Assembly: GCA_040220235.1 (NCBI GenBank)
Contig: JAVJTO010000059.1
Origin: Coleofasciculus sp. B1-GNL1-01
Lineage (GTDB): Bacteria > Cyanobacteriota > Cyanobacteriia > Cyanobacteriales > Coleofasciculaceae
Length of the DNA stretch: 64,000 nt
Strand: one strand, 5' to 3'
The notes below the pieces were generated by a model. The model did not search any database. It had not been told where the DNA came from and saw only the letters and a list, made by a program, of their open reading frames with translations. Below, one piece after another: positions 62,589-64,000 of the stretch; positions within the stretch are counted from its first letter, which is position 1; each line of letters starts with the position of its first letter. Made by a program: the position numbers and the translations under genes.

Positions 62589-63419
62589 CTACGAATTCAT
62601 CCGTCGCACCATCCCCATTCCCATCGTGGTTTTCCGCCCGACGCCAGAATAGAGGGCAAAATCGGCTAAAGCATTAATTTGCTGAATCGCTTCTGCTTCA
62701 GGTTTCCCCATAATCCGAAAATTGAGTGCGCCAACACAGCCAATAAATTTACTGCGAGAATCGGCAACTAATTCGGTGTGAATTTCAAAGAAACTGGGAA
62801 ACATAAGCTCGACTAATGTTTTCGGGAATTCTATGCCACTGTATTGATTCCAGCGCTTAATTAAACTATTGAAGACTAATTCCCTTGTGGGTAAGGCACA
62901 ATCATATTTACTCTGACGAAATGCGGTGGGGGTAGAAAAGGCAAAATTCAGAGTGCGATCGCGCGTCGAGGCTTGGTCATATAATTGTTGATAACTGAGA
63001 GCATTTGCCCAACATCCCGGTATTCCTGGTTGGGGTGTTCCCAGAATACTGGTAATCTGTAAGTTGGCTGGACCTAAATGCCAGGGGTGTTCGGGATTCA
63101 GATTTAACCACAGGTGGGTTAATTGACTGAATAAAGTATCATCGAGTAGGGAAATTCGCCACCAACAGGGAGTTCCTGTGGGAATTGGTTTATGATGTTG
63201 CCAGTACAGATTAGCCGATGCTGAATCACTGCGATGCTGAATTTGTAGGGGACTCAGGGTAAAGGCTTTATCGGATTTGGCTTCGTGGAGATAATCGCCT
63301 AGGTTTCTATCGACAGAACTGACTAGGTTAAGAAATAGGGCGTGTAAATGGCGTCCACTGAGAAACTGTGGCGGAATTGGCGATTGGGGAAGCAGGTTTA
63401 GAATTAGGCTATGGGGCAT
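62589..63419 (-). CDS. cas6: CRISPR endoribonuclease Cas6 (cyanobacterial I-D-associated type)
   Basis: MPHSL, GRHLHALF, FTLSPL, TPTAFRQ, GVGRKTTMGMG. Confidence 0.95.
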   Translation of the reverse strand: MPHSLILNLLPQSPIPPQFLSGRHLHALFLNLVSSVDRNLGDYLHEAKSDKAFTLSPLQIQHRSDSASANLYWQHHKPIPTGTPCWWRISLLDDTLFSQLTHLWLNLNPEHPWHLGPANLQITSILGTPQPGIPGCWANALSYQQLYDQASTRDRTLNFAFSTPTAFRQSKYDCALPTRELVFNSLIKRWNQYSGIEFPKTLVELMFPSFFEIHTELVADSRSKFIGCVGALNFRIMGKPEAEAIQQINALADFALYSGVGRKTTMGMGMVRRMNS

Positions 63420-63420
63420 A

Positions 63421-63879
63421 GTTTCAATCCCTGATAGGGATTATAAGTAGGTGGACACAATAAAAGAAGAGCGGTGGAGATCGTCATTCGTCATTTGTCA
63501 TTCGTCCTTTGTAAGGGTTTGAGGCTTGTTTACAAAACTTAGTACAGTGCCGTTTTCTTTTGTCCGAATACTTAGAGGATTTTGACTTGCGGAGGTATGC
63601 ACCGAATAGACACTTTGAATTGATTTTTGTTTCAATCCCTGATAGGGATTATAGAGGATTTCGACATGGATCATGAATCAGCGTCTTTGCACTGGCTAAG
63701 TTTCAATCCCTGATAGGGATTATAGAGGATTTCGACCTAGCTGGGGGATGTAGTCTTTGCTGTATTGACAAGTTTCAATCCCTGATAGGGATTATAGAGG
63801 ATTTCGACTAACATCAACGAACCCCTTTGATTTAAGCAATTTGTTTCAATCCCTGATAGGGATTATAGAGGATTTCGAC
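63421..63879 (-). CRISPR. CRISPR array, 5 repeats / 4 spacers; repeat (minus strand) GTCGAAATCCTCTATAATCCCTATCAGGGATTGAAAC
   Basis: 37-bp repeats at 63629, 63700, 63772, 63843 plus a split repeat at 63421-63586; unique spacers of 42, 34, 35 and 34 nt; the ATTGAAAC end defines orientation, so the leader lies to the right. Confidence 0.95.
63446..63572. mobile_element. 127-bp MITE inserted in the terminal CRISPR repeat, TA duplication
   Basis: Imperfect TIRs AGTAGGTGGACA/TGTCCGAATACT; removal rebuilds the repeat; the 23 bp at 63444-63466 are identical to 17628-17650. Confidence 0.88.
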
Positions 63880-64000
63880 CAGGGATTCTTATAGGCGTAT
63901 TACGTAATCCTAAATGTTTCATAGGGTCGAAGGAAAGATTTATCTTTCTCAGCTCCCATTCAAAACCGAACGAGCAAGTTTCCAAGCATTCGGCTCCTAG

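Noticed and set aside
63880..63932. GTTTCATAGGGTCGAA 36 nt beyond the last repeat as a sixth repeat
   Set aside because: Only fragments match and it lies on the leader side; treated as leader sequence

Overview
Chromosomal window from a filamentous cyanobacterium (inferred from frequent HIP1 GCGATCGC sites, PEP-CTERM, pentapeptide and Tic20 genes, and dense 7-/9-mer and REP-like repeats; the style resembles Coleofasciculus/Oscillatoriales). Housekeeping genes include glgC, ycf29/rre1, bvdR, rppA, aroQ, cinA, glyA, rpsF and codA. Accessory blocks: (1) a contractile-injection-system (eCIS)-type satellite locus with an AAA+ ATPase, a DUF4157 protein carrying annexin-like repeats and a C-terminal gluzincin, a candidate immunity lipoprotein, a possible ABBA-barrel protein, and a second cargo sharing the same ~85-aa N-terminal leader; (2) a divergent lipoxygenase / CYP74-like P450 / small-protein oxylipin cluster; (3) a HIP1-free polysaccharide island containing an intact in-frame fusion of a Wzy-like membrane protein to a degenerate IS4 transposase; (4) a lone cas6 whose ATG lies 1 nt after the last repeat of a I-D-type CRISPR array, with that repeat split by a MITE. 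Also present: a MITE-interrupted ggt, a probable IscB/IsrB omega-RNA at the left edge, a TnpB-derived non-autonomous element, and an unannotated 46-aa ORF. All calls come from reading motifs by eye; no database search was run.
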